From Ginglymostoma cirratum (Eukaryota), in assembly GCA_024137785.1 (NCBI GenBank), contig JAHRHZ010000056.1:18385013-18449012 (forward strand): a stretch of DNA of 64,000 bases. Direction: 5' to 3'. Shown piece after piece: positions 24,365 through 37,954 of the stretch. Numbering within the stretch: position 1 is the stretch's first letter; every line of letters begins with the position of its first letter. Position numbers and translations under genes: made by a program. The notes below the pieces were generated by a model, which was given only the letters and a program-made list of their open reading frames with translations, had not been told where the DNA came from and ran no database searches.

Positions 24365-26110
24365 GGGCGGAATTTTATAGGGGTCTATGGCAGAATTAGA
24401 TGATATATATGGCAAACTCATCATACTGCTAAGACCGTCTTGCTCCATTTTTATGCCTTTCACAAGCATCATGGCAAGATTCTTGCAAGGTCGCAGCAAG
24501 ATGCCAATTTAAGCTCATTATTGTTTGTTAAGCACCTTGTTAATGCCACAACTCACCTCAGCAATATTCAGCAATATTCCCATCTCACCAAACTCACCAA
24601 AAAAAATCCCAACATTGGGAAACTCCAGTAAGAAAACCAGAGCTAGCACATGATGGATTCATCTCACTGTTTGCTCAGAATGACTTCTATATTGGAAATT
24701 GGACACATTTCAGGGCATGCTCAATGGACCACCAGCACCCCATGTCCATGGACATTGGCATCCCGTTTGTGCCAGAAGCTAACGACCTTCATGGCTCATC
24801 TGATTCCCTTAAAGGTTACTTCTGTATTTCTGTACTTCAATGATGTGGGCTGCACTGACATCAATCATTGTAATACTACAGCGAGTACACTGTACATTCA
24901 GGAGCACACACCCAGCTTGTGCTGCTGAGTTCCTTGCTTGCTGTCATAGTGCTCATATACATTGACTTTGCCTGAATGCTCATAATATCCCTGCCTTACC
25001 TTATTGTTCTTTTCATCCTCAGCCAGAAGTGCCAGGGTCATATTCTTGCAATATTGCTTTACCGTTTATTGCAGACACAAGGTCAGGAAGCTTGTCATAG
25101 TTGTCAGCAAACCTAGTAAAATCGAGGAGATATCATTCACTCAGAGGCTCCCAGCACACCAAGTCAAGGACAGCTTCTGATACTCATCCAGTCCTTGCTC
25201 AGGATGGTCAGAATCAAGACGGTGTCCTCATAAAATGTGAGGAGCTGAATGATGGACAGCTCACCTCTTGTCTTGAGTCTTTTTCTTCCCCAGTTGTGGT
25301 CTGTTATCCCCACTTACTGACAGATGGACAGATATTACGGAAGATAAAAATGAGACAGCTGGTGCATGCTGGGAGGTGTTTCAAGCAAGTGAGTAGGCAG
25401 AGTGGGGCTAGTCATGTCAGGAATTGTACGGGCAACAGCAAGTAAGAGAAGGTGTAGCAGGCAACACTGAGCATGGTAGAGCATGAGACTTGATGGGAGG
25501 TGGTTGCACCAACAGAGCTAGAGTGAGTGTGAAGTATTAGAAAGATGGTGGTGGTACTTATACTGGCAGAGTGGAGAAGGACATTGACCAATTTCTTCCA
25601 GTAATTGGCATTTCTCTAGACAGCTGGGAGTGCTTTAACACAAGTGACAACCATGCTTGGCATGGTTTGATGTTCTGGCCTCCCCTGCTACTCCTGGGTG
25701 AAGAGGAAGACGTGTGTTGGCACCATGCCATCCAGCAGGATCGCCAGGACTTAGCCCACAAAGCAGGGCTCCAATATCCCTCCTCCATCTGCCATGTTCA
25801 AAGCAAATGTCAGTAACTGTGCAGGACAGCTCCAGACTTGTTTGTCCAAGTGCATGACAGACTTTTAGAAATGGCTCGGTGACGCCAACTAATTCCCAAA
25901 TATCTGCTGAATGGCAAGGTGTTCTGGGAATGTTGTGTGGTAAGGTGGGACTTGAAATAGGACGGGAAAGATGCCATTGGGGCATGGCAGGCAATTAATG
26001 TGTTGTGTTTAGTAAGATAGGGTGAGAAGACACGTGAGGCCTTGCATTGAGAAATCCTCCAAAAACCTCGAAGGAACTCAGACTTAGCCAATCTATGTAA
26101 GAGTTAGCCT
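24365..26110 (-). mobile_element. Non-autonomous PIF/Harbinger element with Myb/SANT relic
   Basis: Ends gggcggaatttta / taagagttagcct (imperfect TIR) flanked by AAT on both sides; minus 25795-25562 gives MADGG..PCFVG..LLDGM..RPEHQT..RNANYWKKLVNVLLHSA. Confidence 0.72.
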
Positions 26111-26454
26111 AATATTTTGAGAAATTCTTTGTTTGCAAGTAGCCAAACCTGGCAGTAAGCAGTTGGAACTTAAAGTTCTTATTGCTTCAAGAACACTTTG
26201 GCTACAGGCAGGTCAAATATGCTGTTTTCCAGAAAAGCTGACTCATGGTATCAGAGCATAGTATACAAGTGAGAACGCACTGTTCCTGGATTTTAATGAT
26301 AGGTATAATAGATGCTAGTATGGTAATTCCCATATTTGAACTACATTGTTAACTCAAGTGACTAGTTTGGAAGGGTTTTAATTGCAAAAACAAAAGCTGA
26401 TTTGACCTGTGTATCATTTGGTCTTCTGGAAAAAAAACTGCAACGAGCAAATTG

Positions 26455-28025
26455 TTTTTATTCATGTGTGGGACTTGGGCATTGCTGCCTGCACCAGCAT
26501 TAATTGCCCATCCCTTATCTGACCCTGACACGGTAGTGGTGAGCTGCCTTCGCGAAACATAGACAATGCTATTAGGATGGAATTCTAGGATTTTGACCCA
26601 ACAGCACTGAAGGAATGACAACATATTGCCAAGTCAGAATGATGTTCGACATGGAGGGGAACATGCAGTGATGGTATTCCCATATATTTGCCATTCTTCT
26701 TCTAGGTGGAAGTGGTCATGGGTTTGGAAACTGCTGGCAAAAGAGCTCGGGTGAATCTCTACAGTGTATCTTGTAGATGCTATACTTTGTAGCTATTGAG
26801 CGTTGGTGATGGATGAGGTACCGATCGAGGGTGTTATTTTGTCTTGGTGGGTGTCAAGCTTCTTGCGTTTTGTTGGAGCTGCACTCATTCAGGCAAGTGG
26901 GGAGTATTCCATTACACTGGAGTCAGGAGGTGAGTTACTTGCTGCAGTATTTCTAGTCCATGACCACCTCCTGTAGCCACAGTTACATCAATGGATGTTA
27001 TTATTGGAGGATTTAATGATGGTAACACCATTAAATATCAAAGTGTGATGGTTTGATTGTCCCTTACTGGAGGTGGTCACTGCTTGGCATTTGTGTGGTG
27101 TGAACGTTACTTGCAACTTGTCAGCTCAAGCCTGGATATTGACCAGATCACTTTGCATTTGGACAAGAATTGCTCGAGTATGGAGTTGTGAATGGTACTG
27201 CACATCAGTCATTGGCAAACATCTCCACGTTTGACCTTATGATGGCAGGAAGAGTATTGATGAGCAGCTGAAGATAGTTGAGGTTAGAACTGAGGAACTC
27301 CTACAGAGATATTCTGGAGCTGAGGTGACTGATCTACAATAACCAAAACCACCTTCCTATGTGCCAGGTATGACAGCAACCAACGGGGAATATTCCCTCT
27401 AATTCCGACCAACTCCAGCTTTTTTAGGGTACCTTAATGCTTGCTCAAATGCAGCCTTGATGTCAAGGGCAGATACTCTCACCTCACCTCTGGAATTCAC
27501 CTCTTTTATCTATGTTTGAACGAAGGCTACAATGAGGTCAGGAGCTGAAGTGGCCCTGGTGGAACCCAAACTGGGTATTGCTAAGTAGGTGTTGCTCGAT
27601 AACACTGTAGATGACTTTATCGATCATATTGATAATTGTTTATTGTTCCTTTTTGTGGTGTTTCTTCACCACCTGCCACAGACTCTGTCCAGCAGCAATC
27701 TTCTTTCAGACTCGATCAGCTAAATCAAAATTGCTGCTGAGTCACTCTTAATGGTGGACATTGAAATTCACCGCCCAGAGTGCATTCTGGACCCTGTCAC
27801 CCTCAGGACTTCCTCCAACTGTTGTTCAACATGAGGGAGAGCTAATGTGAGAATCAGCAGGCGGTTTCCTTGTTCATGCTTGACCTAAACCTTGAGTTTT
27901 TATGGTGCCCGGTATCAATGTTGAGGACTCCCAGGGCAACACTCTCGTGACTGCATGCCACTGGGCCGCCACATCTGCTGAGCCTCTCCTGCTGGTGAGA
28001 AAGGACATACTCAAGGATATAATGA
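26455..28025 (-). mobile_element. Degraded, internally deleted copy of the tRNA-headed CR1-group LINE
   Basis: Endonuclease start (EYVLSHQQER) near 28000 is joined to the RT C-half and 3' tail (gggcaattaatgctgg...cccacacatgaataa). Confidence 0.8.
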
Positions 28026-28853
28026 AGGGTTTTCCTGTTAGAAACTGCACAAATACTTAAGTGTTTTTGTAAACTAATAACTGTCAATGTCTAGTCATTC
28101 TGAAGATGCTACTGATTTTAAAAGTATTTAAATTCTGCAATTTGTTACAATTGCATGAATCCATATTTGGAATAGTGTGAGCAACATCCAAAAGAACAGT
28201 GGTTCATTGGAGAGGTTTCAGAGAGCAGTGAGAGGAAGGATCTCAGATTAAGGACTCTGCGCGTTATTAGATTTTCAGAGTTGAACATGTTTCCTGCAGA
28301 GAAAACTAAATTGGTTTAGTAAATAATCTGGATCCTTAAAATGCTGAAGGATGTAGATGACGTAAGTTAGAAGTTGACTGTTTGGCTTACTCTTTGAGCA
28401 TAATACCAGGAGACCGTGCTTCCAAATTAGGTACCCTCAAGCAAGATTAAAAACTGAGAAAAGTTATCTCCGAACAGTGAACGTCCATGAAATGTGGTTA
28501 ATGTTGTTGACTAACTACTTCAATAAGGACCTAGATATGTATGGAATGGAATGGGAGATTGTGAAAAACAGAGATTAGACTGTGGTGATCAATTTTCCAG
28601 TAATTCCTGTATGGTTGTGATAAGGATAGTTGGAGGCTGAAATGTGATCTGATAATGATAAATATTGCCCATCCAAGACTCATATGAGCCCTCATGCTTA
28701 TCTGGAAAAGACCAGGGAGAGGTGAACAGAAGAGAAAGCCAGTTGAAGTGAGGGACATTGGAGTTCCAACTGAATTCAATGGCAGGATCTCATGATAGAT
28801 TTTTTTGTGTCTCACCAGATAGCTAGTCAAATTGCTGGGGACCTGTTGATTAA

Positions 28854-29464
28854 GTGAGGACGTCTTGCTGCTGTTATACAGGGCCTTGGTGGGGCTGCAC
28901 CTTGAGTATTGTGTGTAGTTTTGGTCTCCTAGCTTGAGGAGAGACATTCTTGCTCTTGAGGGAGTCCAGCGAAGCATCACCGGAATGATTCCCAGGATGG
29001 CAGGATTGACATTTGAGGAAAGATAGGATCAACTGGGCTTGTACTTGCTCAAATTTAGAAGAATGGAAGGGGGATCTCAGAGACATATAAAATCCTGATG
29101 GGACTGGACAGGCTAGACATGGGAAGAATGTTCCAGATGTTGTGAAAATCCAGAACTAGGGGTCACATTCATAGAATAAGGGGTAAGCCAATCAGGACTG
29201 AGATGAGGAAGAATTTCTTCACTCAGAGTTGTTAACCTGTAGAATTCTCTCCCGCAGGAAGCTGTTGGGGTCAGTTCATTAGAAATATTCGAGGGGGAGC
29301 TGGATGTGACCTTTGTGGCTTAAGGGATCGAGGGGTATGGAGAGAACGTGGGAGTGGGATATCAGATTGCATGACCAGCCACAATCATATTGAATGGTGG
29401 TGCAGGCTTGAAGGGCCGAATGGCATACTCCTGCACCTATTTTCTGTGTTTCTACATTTCTATG
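28854..29464 (+). mobile_element. CR1 LINE 3' portion
   Basis: LYRALVGLHLEYCV.FWSP..IPRMAGLTFEE..; tail tttctgtgtttctacatttctatg. Confidence 0.9.
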
Positions 29465-29689
29465 CTAAGTTCACAATTTGATTGACTGCTCAAATAGTTG
29501 ATTAGAGGTTTGTTTGATTCAGGTTAATGAATACAAACCTTCTTGTTTTATAACAGATAATGCACTTGAGGGAATTTAAGTGTTTTCAATGGGCTTTCAT
29601 GAATGGCAGTTATCTTTTAATATAGTGAAATTGATAGTAGATAGTTACAACTTTATTGGTTTCTACAGGGATTGTAACACAACTGCATT

Positions 29690-30055
29690 GATTACTCTGT
29701 GCCACAGCATTGTGTAGTCTCTCTTTATTTAAATAATATTGTGCTTTTACATTCTTCCTGCCAAAAGAAACAACTTTGTATTTTTCCACATTATCCATAA
29801 TCTGCTATGGTTTTTGTCAATGCACTTCACCTGTATAACCCCTTGCAGACTCTGTATCCCCCTCATAACTTGCTTTTCTACCTATCTTTGTCCCATTAGC
29901 AAAGTTGAATATCATGTAGACAGTCCCTACAACCACATCAATACAGATCTTAAATAACTGAGGTCTGTTATTGAACCATTTAGCACTAGTTCCAATTTAC
30001 CAAGCTGAAAATGATTGAATTATCCTGAATCTCTGTTTCCTGTCAGTTAGCCACC
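29690..30055 (-). mobile_element. Old CR1 RT fragment
   Basis: NVEKYKVVSFGRKN..YYLN. Confidence 0.6.
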
Positions 30056-30059
30056 AAAT

Positions 30060-30178
30060 CTAGACTTGGGATGTTAACTCTGTTTCACTCTGCACAGATA
30101 CTGTCCGACCTGCTGAATATTCCCAGCATTTACCAACGTTATTTCTGATTTCCAGCATCTGAAGTATTTCACTCTTCT
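30060..30178 (+). mobile_element. Penelope pLTR monomer (family A-like)
   Basis: gttaactctgtttc..cacagatactgtccgacctgctga..tttccagcatctg. Confidence 0.7.
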
Positions 30179-31329
30179 ATGAAATCTTTACAGAAATGGG
30201 AAATTAATTTTATATCGATTAGAACATTTTACTTCTGTAGCGCAATGGTGGTATTTGACTGTTATCTATTCATCAAAAACCCAGACATCGATCTTTTGGA
30301 AGGCTCCAATAGTGATATTTTTAACTTGGTGGATGGATTTGTCCTAGTAAAGTTCATCCAGCTTCTACACTAAATTTCTTCTCAATGCCATTGTGTAGCT
30401 TTTAATAGCCCCAACCCCATTTCTGGTTTCCATTCTTTCAAATATTCATTATTATTTGTGTAAAGATTAGTTTTTATTTATTCAAAATACATAGGCTTTC
30501 TTTAGCTAGGCAACATTTCATCCTCATCTCGACTTGTTCTTGAGAAAGTAGGGGTCAGCTGTTTTCTTGAATCTCAGCTGTCCATTTGGTGTAGGTAAAC
30601 CCACAATGATGTTAGCTTTTCCAGTCACCTGTTCTAAATATATTACTTGGCCATCCCCAGATGTGCCCTCTGGTCCTAGTTACTGGATGTAATTTTAAGG
30701 CAAACTCAAGGGACTATCCTATTTGACACTGTACAACAAGGTTGTACTTTATGGAGCTAAGTCACTACTGTTATTTTATTACAGACCATCAAATTTGTGT
30801 GACTTTTGTAGGCCAGTCTAAACTGGTGCAGGGGAATATCGTGATGCTATTTCCAGTTGGGTATATGGTGAGTGGCTGGTCAGGTGAATTGTGGTCAGAA
30901 TTATTGGACAGAGGGAGAATTTGTAATTTCAGGGAACGAATAAGGATAGGAATAAAGCGTAAAATATGTTCAGTTTTCATCAGCAACATTTACTTTCAGT
31001 TATATCAAATCAAAATCATTCCATTAGAAACCTTAAATGAGCAGTGACAAATTGATGTTATGTTGGGTGGAATGTTTCTATTTACACTTAAAATGGTGCA
31101 GCGAGTGAGCTCCATTACTTCCAGTCTGCTATGGTTCAGAGCAAATTATCTCAAGCAATCTTTTGCTTTCACCTTCTTAATTATGTAACTACACTGTTTT
31201 GTACAGAAGTGAACTTGTTCACTACTAATGAGACCTTTCAGCATATATATCAGTGGTGTCATACATAAAATCCAGTTACACACCATATCATACACTGTGA
31301 ACCAGGAACTATCTCTCACTGTGTTCTGA

Positions 31330-31550
31330 AGAAAGGTAAGTTGGCTCCTTGCTTCGTAGTCAAGGACCTGGTGGATGGAGCTGTGGAGAAAAGGACAATC
31401 CCCTTCCCACTTGACCACCACAGCTGGCCAAGCCACCAGACAAAACCTAGTCTGGATGCAGATTACATAAGTTAGCGCACTGTGGTCCGTGAAACGGGAT
31501 GTCCAGCAGTGCAGCAAGGTCAATGATTTCCTGCACCCTGCAGGAGTATG
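31330..31550 (+). pseudogene. Harbinger Myb/SANT DNA-binding domain relic
   Basis: KLAPCFVVKDLVDGAVEKR..FP..PSHQT..SVKRDVQQCSKVNDFLHPA; the element probably continues after the CR1 insertion, from ~32160. Confidence 0.7.
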
Positions 31551-31651
31551 TACACGATCTTGTCTCTTCGACCTTACGCACACAGGGCTGCTACTCACTC
31601 TGACCCTGCCATTGCATGTGACTCTCACCAAATTGCACAGGCTGCAATTAA

Positions 31652-32159
31652 TCATAGAGTCACAGAGACGTACAACACAGAAACAGATCCTTCAGTCCAA
31701 CTCGTCCGTACCAACCAGAAATCCTAAATTAATCTAGTCCAATTTGCCAGCATTTGGTCCATATCCCTCCAAACTCTTCCTATTCATATACTTATCTAGA
31801 TGCCTTTTCAATGTTTTAATTGTACCAGCCTCCATCACGTCCTCTGGTAGTTCATTCCATATACGCATGACCCATTCTGTGAAAAAGGCGCCCCTTGGGG
31901 CCCTTTTAAATTTTCCCCCTCACAACTTAAACCTATGCCCTCTAGTTTTGGACTCCTCTTCCTGGGGTAAAGACCTTGACTATTCACCTTTTCTATGCCC
32001 ATCATGATTTGATAAACTTCCATATGATCGCCCCTCAGCCTCTGATGCTCCAGGGAAAATAGCCCCAGCCTATTCAGCCTGTTCTTATGGCTCATAACTT
32101 CCAACCCTAGCAACATCTTTGTAAATCTTTACTGAACCCTTTCAAGTTTTACAACATCT
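31652..32159 (-). mobile_element. CR1/HER1 LINE 3' portion
   Basis: RLNRLGLFSLEHQRLRGDHMEVYQIM; tcatagagtcacagag tail. Confidence 0.9.
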
Positions 32160-32507
32160 GCACAGACAGACACAGGGACACTGGGCAGGTTTGCCAGGTT
32201 GGTAAACTGGATGGAGAGGTCTGCCAAAATCATCTATATCATGCTGGCACCTAGTGTTGTGTAGTCAAGCCCCAGGAAAGCCATTGGGTTGCAAGGAATC
32301 CTGAAGGATCTCCTTTTCACTGTTCCATGACTAGTAAACTCTGAAATGCTTAAGAGTGGGGGTATGATATTCTGATGGATATGTGCACCTGGCTGACTCC
32401 ATGAACAGGCTGGTCGTTACCATGGAGACCCAGGTCCACCACAACATTGCTGGATATACACAAAGACCTGCCTGGCATCAGTTTCACCATAGGTTGTCAG
32501 CTGCATC

Positions 32508-32610
32508 TTCTGAAGAAGGATCACTGGATCATTAAGTTAACTAAAGATTGACTCTGCTTTCTCTCTACAGATGTTGCCAGACCTGCCAAGTTTCTCCAGC
32601 AATTTCTGTA
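32508..32610 (+). mobile_element. Penelope pLTR monomer
   Basis: ttctgaagaaggatcactgga..actctgctttctctctacagatgttgccagacctg. Confidence 0.65.
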
Positions 32611-32664
32611 GATGTTTTACATTATGATGGTTCCAGATAAAAAACAGACAAGAGCTAGAATTTT

Positions 32665-32986
32665 TCATACAATCCCCACAGTGTGGAAACAGGCCCTTCA
32701 GCCTAACAAGTCCACACCAAACCTCAGATCATCCCATCCAGACCCATTCCCATGAAACCGACCTAATCTATACATCCCTGAACACCTTGGGCAATTTAGC
32801 ATTGACAATTTACCTAACCTGCACATCTTTGGACTATGGGAGGAAACCGGAGCATCCAGAGGAAACCCACGCAGACACAGGGAGAATGTCCAAACTCCAT
32901 ATAGACAGTCACCCGAGGGTGGAATCGAATCCAGGTTGCTGGTGCTGTGAGGCAGCAGTGCTAACCACTGAGCCATCGTGCCGCCC
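32665..32986 (-). mobile_element. HE1 (V-SINE), full length
   Basis: Same head, V-domain and tail as 22059-22364. Confidence 0.92.
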
Positions 32987-34728
32987 TACTGAGGTATCAG
33001 GAGTCTCATCTGCCAGTTGGAGGATTGGCAAGAGATGCAGTTTCTTTTTGGCAAGGCCTGTCACACTTTAGGGACACCACTAGTGATCTATCCTTGGAAT
33101 CAAGTTCCTGAGGTGATAAGTCTTGTTTCTGAGAGCCTTGTTTCTGAGTCAATCAGACAGTGTCAGCTATTGTTGTCAGTGGGGTGGGGACAAGGGCAGG
33201 AGTCTCTTGATCCCAGACTAACCAAGGTCTTCAATGAGTAAGGTAGTGGACTGGGGAAGGAGTACAGGACGGCCAACAGCAGAGGCTGGGCATGGCTATC
33301 AAAGGTCACAAACCATTCCCGATATTCAGTCTCTCCATTAGGCATTGAGTGCCTCTGGTCAAGGCACCCCTACCCCACCCCAGAACTGGCCTCACTGTTT
33401 AACTAATGTCATAACAACAGGCCTAGTTACCATAAGGCTATTGGCAGGGTATTAATTTTAGGCTCTTATGTTGTCCTTAAGTAGGCCACATAAGGACCAC
33501 AGTTCATGCCAAGATGGGAAATTCAACCATGGGCCTTGTGCCCCAGAACTTAATTCTGGTGGAAGCAGAAGGTGATGAGGTTCAGGTACATTACCTTCCT
33601 GCCTACTTAGATATCTTTTCTACCTCCAAACTTGTCACTTCTGGGAATTCAGGATTCCTGATCGGGCTGACATTATCTTTACTGAAAGAAACCCATATAA
33701 CATGGACAGAGTGATGAGTTTGAATATTGTCCATATAAATTTAGTAAAAGTATTAGATTGAAACAAAGTTAAATGGAATGAGACATCGTGTTTGTTTGAC
33801 ACTAGATTGAAATATTCGCGAAAGGTTTCAAAATAATGTTGTGACACCAAGTTTTCAGCTCCGTCTGTCCAGCTACATAATGCTTCACTTTAGATCAAAA
33901 TTGCTTCAATGATTTTATAACTTTCATCCTTATTGAGTGCTCAGATCTTGAACTGCAACATATTGTGAATTTCAAATGAAACATGTAAGATTAAGTAGTC
34001 CGGTTTCCATTTCAACTGATTATAACCGTGTTCTTCAGCACTGGGACAGTTAAACCCAATTAACATTGATAGATGGCCATTGAAAATTGTGGGATATTTG
34101 ACAAAACAGTAGGATGCCAACGGCAAAACCATACCAGTTTCATTAATCAATCACAGGAGAATCATACTGCTTCTATTATTTCTTATTAAAAGGGTCAAAA
34201 GCCATGTCTCGTTCAATTTAAATAAAATGGGAATTTAAACAACTATTTCCTTCCAATTTGCATATTGTCTACAATGCTTTCTACATAAACTGCTGCTGAA
34301 TTATACTTGAAGCACTTTTAATGGGAATGCTTTCTGAAGTGACATCTTGGTTATCATGGATCCGTTGATACTTAAAACTATGTGCACTAACCCCAAGGAA
34401 CAAAATTACGCTCTATTTTGTTTCTCAATAACTGGAGGCACTAACCAATTTCGAAGCAGCAGGTTTGCATTAAGGGAGAAAATGCCGGAAAAATGGCTTG
34501 CTTATAACCTTAGGGCAGACTGCATTTAAGAAATTGCGTAAAATGTATCAAGACAACCATACTTGGTAAACATTGGCTGAGAAATTGGGCTCCAATTGGG
34601 CTACTGGCGCCACCACATTGGAAGCCCGAGACTCAAAAACTAGCAGCCAAAAGTTTCTGGTCACTTCTGGTCTATCACAGTGCACCCTAATTACAAGTGT
34701 CCTAGTCCAGGAAAATCATTCATAAAAA

Positions 34729-35044
34729 CATAGAATCCCTACAGTGTGGAAGCAGGCCATTCAGCCCATCAAATCCACACCAGCCTTCCGAAGAGCATCC
34801 CACTGAGACCCACTCCTCCACCCTATACCTGCATTCCCTATGGCTAATCTAACTCACTCACATATCCCTGGATACTATGGGCAATTTAGCATGGCCAATT
34901 CACCTAACCTGCTCATCATTAGACTGTGGGAGGAAATGCACACAGACACAAAGAGAATGTGCAAGCTCCATACAGACAGTCGTTCCAAAGGCAGAATTGA
35001 ATCTGATGTTGTGAGGCAGTAGTGCCAACCATTGAGCCACCATC
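34729..35044 (-). mobile_element. HE1 (V-SINE)
   Basis: catagaatccctacagtgtggaagcaggcc tail; V-domain present. Confidence 0.88.
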
Positions 35045-35489
35045 AAATCTCCTCTATAACCATGTAAAATAGACGATGGCATCAAGCATTCTCCAGCACT
35101 TATCATGGCACATGCTCTGCCATTGTGAATTACAGTGGGTGTTGTTAAATCCCCCTTCTGAACACTTGTCCAATGCAAATGTAAATTCCACCCAAACCCT
35201 CACTCCAACCATCCCTCCGCCCTATAATTAAAAGGACAATGCTAGAATATATAGGAGTGGGGCTTTTGATGATCTTTTACTGCAGAGTGGACAGTGGTCG
35301 TACTGTACGGAGTATCACTTGATATATTTTGCACATTTTTTGGCCTTACAAGGGGCTATAGCTGGATTTTGACAGCAGGAGTCAGCAGAATTGGAAGGAC
35401 TCAGCTTCCAGGAGGAAAACTCTTCCAGTAATGTAGTTGCCATTGTAATCAGAGAGGGGAAGCAATGTGCAGGGAAGAGGTGGAAAGGT

Positions 35490-36262
35490 CTCTGAGAAGA
35501 AGACCCCTAGCATGAGTCTTTAGGGAGCACTTCAACCTCCACCTCAGGTATGAGCAATGTCTGAGACCCTTCCATTTCATCAGGGAGGAGGTGGCTAGAT
35601 TGTGTTACCTTCTACAATGTAACTTGTGGCTGCAGTGCGGGCAAGGGAAACATTGTCCTAAATTTCCACACTGCTAGAAGCAGGTAGCAGTGGTCAACAT
35701 TATTGGTGTATTAACGGGGCGAAAGAGGCCCTATACAGAAGAGACGTCTTCCTTTGTCCTCACTGATTACAGAGAAGAGTGGAACATATCATTTTGTCAG
35801 GCTATTGGAATTCCCAATGGCAAATAATCACAAGCATGTGGTTCTGCAGATCCCAGATATTAACATGGAAGTTTACCAAAATCGGAGGGGCAACCATTCC
35901 ATAAGTATGCAGTTGAGGTCTGATCCTGCTCAGAGATCCTGCTGAATAATGCCTTCTATCCTCACAACAGCCACCATACATTCACCCTGTACCAGTCAGC
36001 CATGTCCATCATCTTTAGTCTAACATGATGAATGAGAGGATAATTTCCATACGACTAGGGGTAATACCTCTGCACCAGATTCATGACTCTCCTCTACTGG
36101 CAATGAAAGCCATGCAACTACCAGGAATATGCTGGAGCAAATCCCTGGCATGTTGAAATTATGGATCCATTGGCTGTGCTGCTCAGGCAATGTCTCCAGC
36201 ACTCATTGGAGGAGTGATAGGATGCTATGTTCTCCACAACCTTGCTCCATGACAGCATAGCT
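35490..36262 (+). pseudogene. Harbinger/HARBI1-like DDE transposase relic
   Basis: VFREH..EQCLRPFHFIREEVARLCYLL; FP..HVVLQIP..YQNRRGNHSISMQL..D; NESHATTRNMLEQIPGMLK; CYVLHNLA. Frameshifts and stops present. Confidence 0.85.
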
Positions 36263-37220
36263 TTTGTCAGTAGGCCTTGGAGGTCAACTAGGGAGGATGA
36301 GAAGGAGTGGGAAGTGGGAAGGAGAGGAATTCCAGACCCTTCCTCCCCGATGGACTGTCTCTGTGAACAGAAGGCTGATCCCCTGAGATCTCAATCAAAG
36401 TGATTGAATATTAAAGACGTTAAATTACATACAGGAGTTGACATTAACTAGGGACTGAATTATTTCTCTATAGTTCCCTCACTACCTTTCCCTCACCTTT
36501 GATGGTTTGCATTGCTCTCAGTGGACTTTGCGCATAAATTAATCATTTGGAAACATGAGTAATTTACTAGTGATGGTTAATAGATTACAAAAAAATACAA
36601 TGGGTAATTTGGTGATGAGAAAAGAACATTCAGTTGTGTGTAAGAGCACTTTTGGATAATAATAAAAAAGTGCCTCTACAAATAGATACAGATTGAAACT
36701 ATGGTTGTGTAGTTAGGAGTAGTAAGATTGTAATGCGTCACTCTTCTAAATAAATGTGCATAAAATGGTGTAAAGATTGACTCCAGTTCTATCCTTTTCT
36801 AGGTTGTTTTGTAGAGTACAATGATCCAGGCATCAACGCAGTTACTCTATAATTAACTATCTTTAAATCTGATAAGTACATTCACAGCATGCTCTTGGCT
36901 AAAATCCTGAAAGGAAAGCTGTTAACAAATTCTAGTTTTACAAAAAATGTAGAGTACAGTGTTGTCTTCAGCTGTTCTTGTCAACCCCATCCTCAACATC
37001 AGATAGATGCAATGATAACACATACTTGCTCCTTGCAGTGATCTGAAATCGGTGAGAAACTAATCTGAAGGAAAGGTGATTGGCCTACTTTATATTTCTA
37101 AACTAAAGCTGATCATTTAAGGAGTTAGCTTTTAAATCCAACTCTTGGGAATCTACTCAGGGGATGTATCTTGCATTAAGCAACCCTGATTGCAAGTGCA
37201 TTCCTTGTGGTTTGTTTTTT

Positions 37221-37782
37221 AATGTAACGGAGGAAGAGGTGGGGTTTAGGGCCAGTGTAGGTACGGAAGAGGGATTGTTCCCCGTAACCTACAAAGAGGC
37301 AGGCATAGCTTGGGCCCATGCAGGTACCCATGGCCACCCCCTTTGTCTGTAGGAAGTGGGAGGAATTGAAAGAGAAGTTGTTGAGGGTGAGGACGAGTTC
37401 AGCTAAGCGGATGAGGGTGTCGGTGGAGGGGGATTGGTCAGTTCTGCGGGACAGGAAGAAGCGGAGGGCCTTTAGGCCATCTGCGTGGGGAATACAGGTG
37501 TATAGGGACTGGACGTCCATAGTAAGAATGAGGTGTTGGGGACCGGGGAATTGGAAGTTCTGGAGGAGGTGGAGGGCGTGGGTGGTGTCACGGACGTAGG
37601 TAGGGAGTTCCTGGACTAAGGGGGTGAAAACGGAGTCTAGGTAGGTGGAGATGAGTTCGGTGGGGCAGGAGCAGGCGGAGACAATGGGTCGACCAGGGCA
37701 TTCAGGTTTGTGGATTTTGGGAAGGAGATAGAAGCGGGCAGTGCGGGGTTGGGGAACGATGAGGTTGGAGGCGGTGGGTGGG
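37221..37782 (-). pseudogene. Penelope-like reverse transcriptase fragment (open frame, truncated at both ends)
   Basis: RFYLLPKIHKPECPGRPIVSAC..MDVQSLYTCIPH..NNFSFN..QTKGVAMGTCMGPSYACLF..FLRYI. Confidence 0.93.
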
Positions 37783-37954
37783 TGTTCATTTCTCTCCTGT
37801 AGTCTGTTAAAAGACTATAATTTGTTTCTTGTTTCATCTGTTGGTACCTACCTAATTCATGAATATCCAAGATAAGGATTATTGACTGTTAATTTATAAG
37901 AGGCATCATTACTGAGCCTGAGCCTGTGTCACACAGCTTTGTGACTGTCAACTG

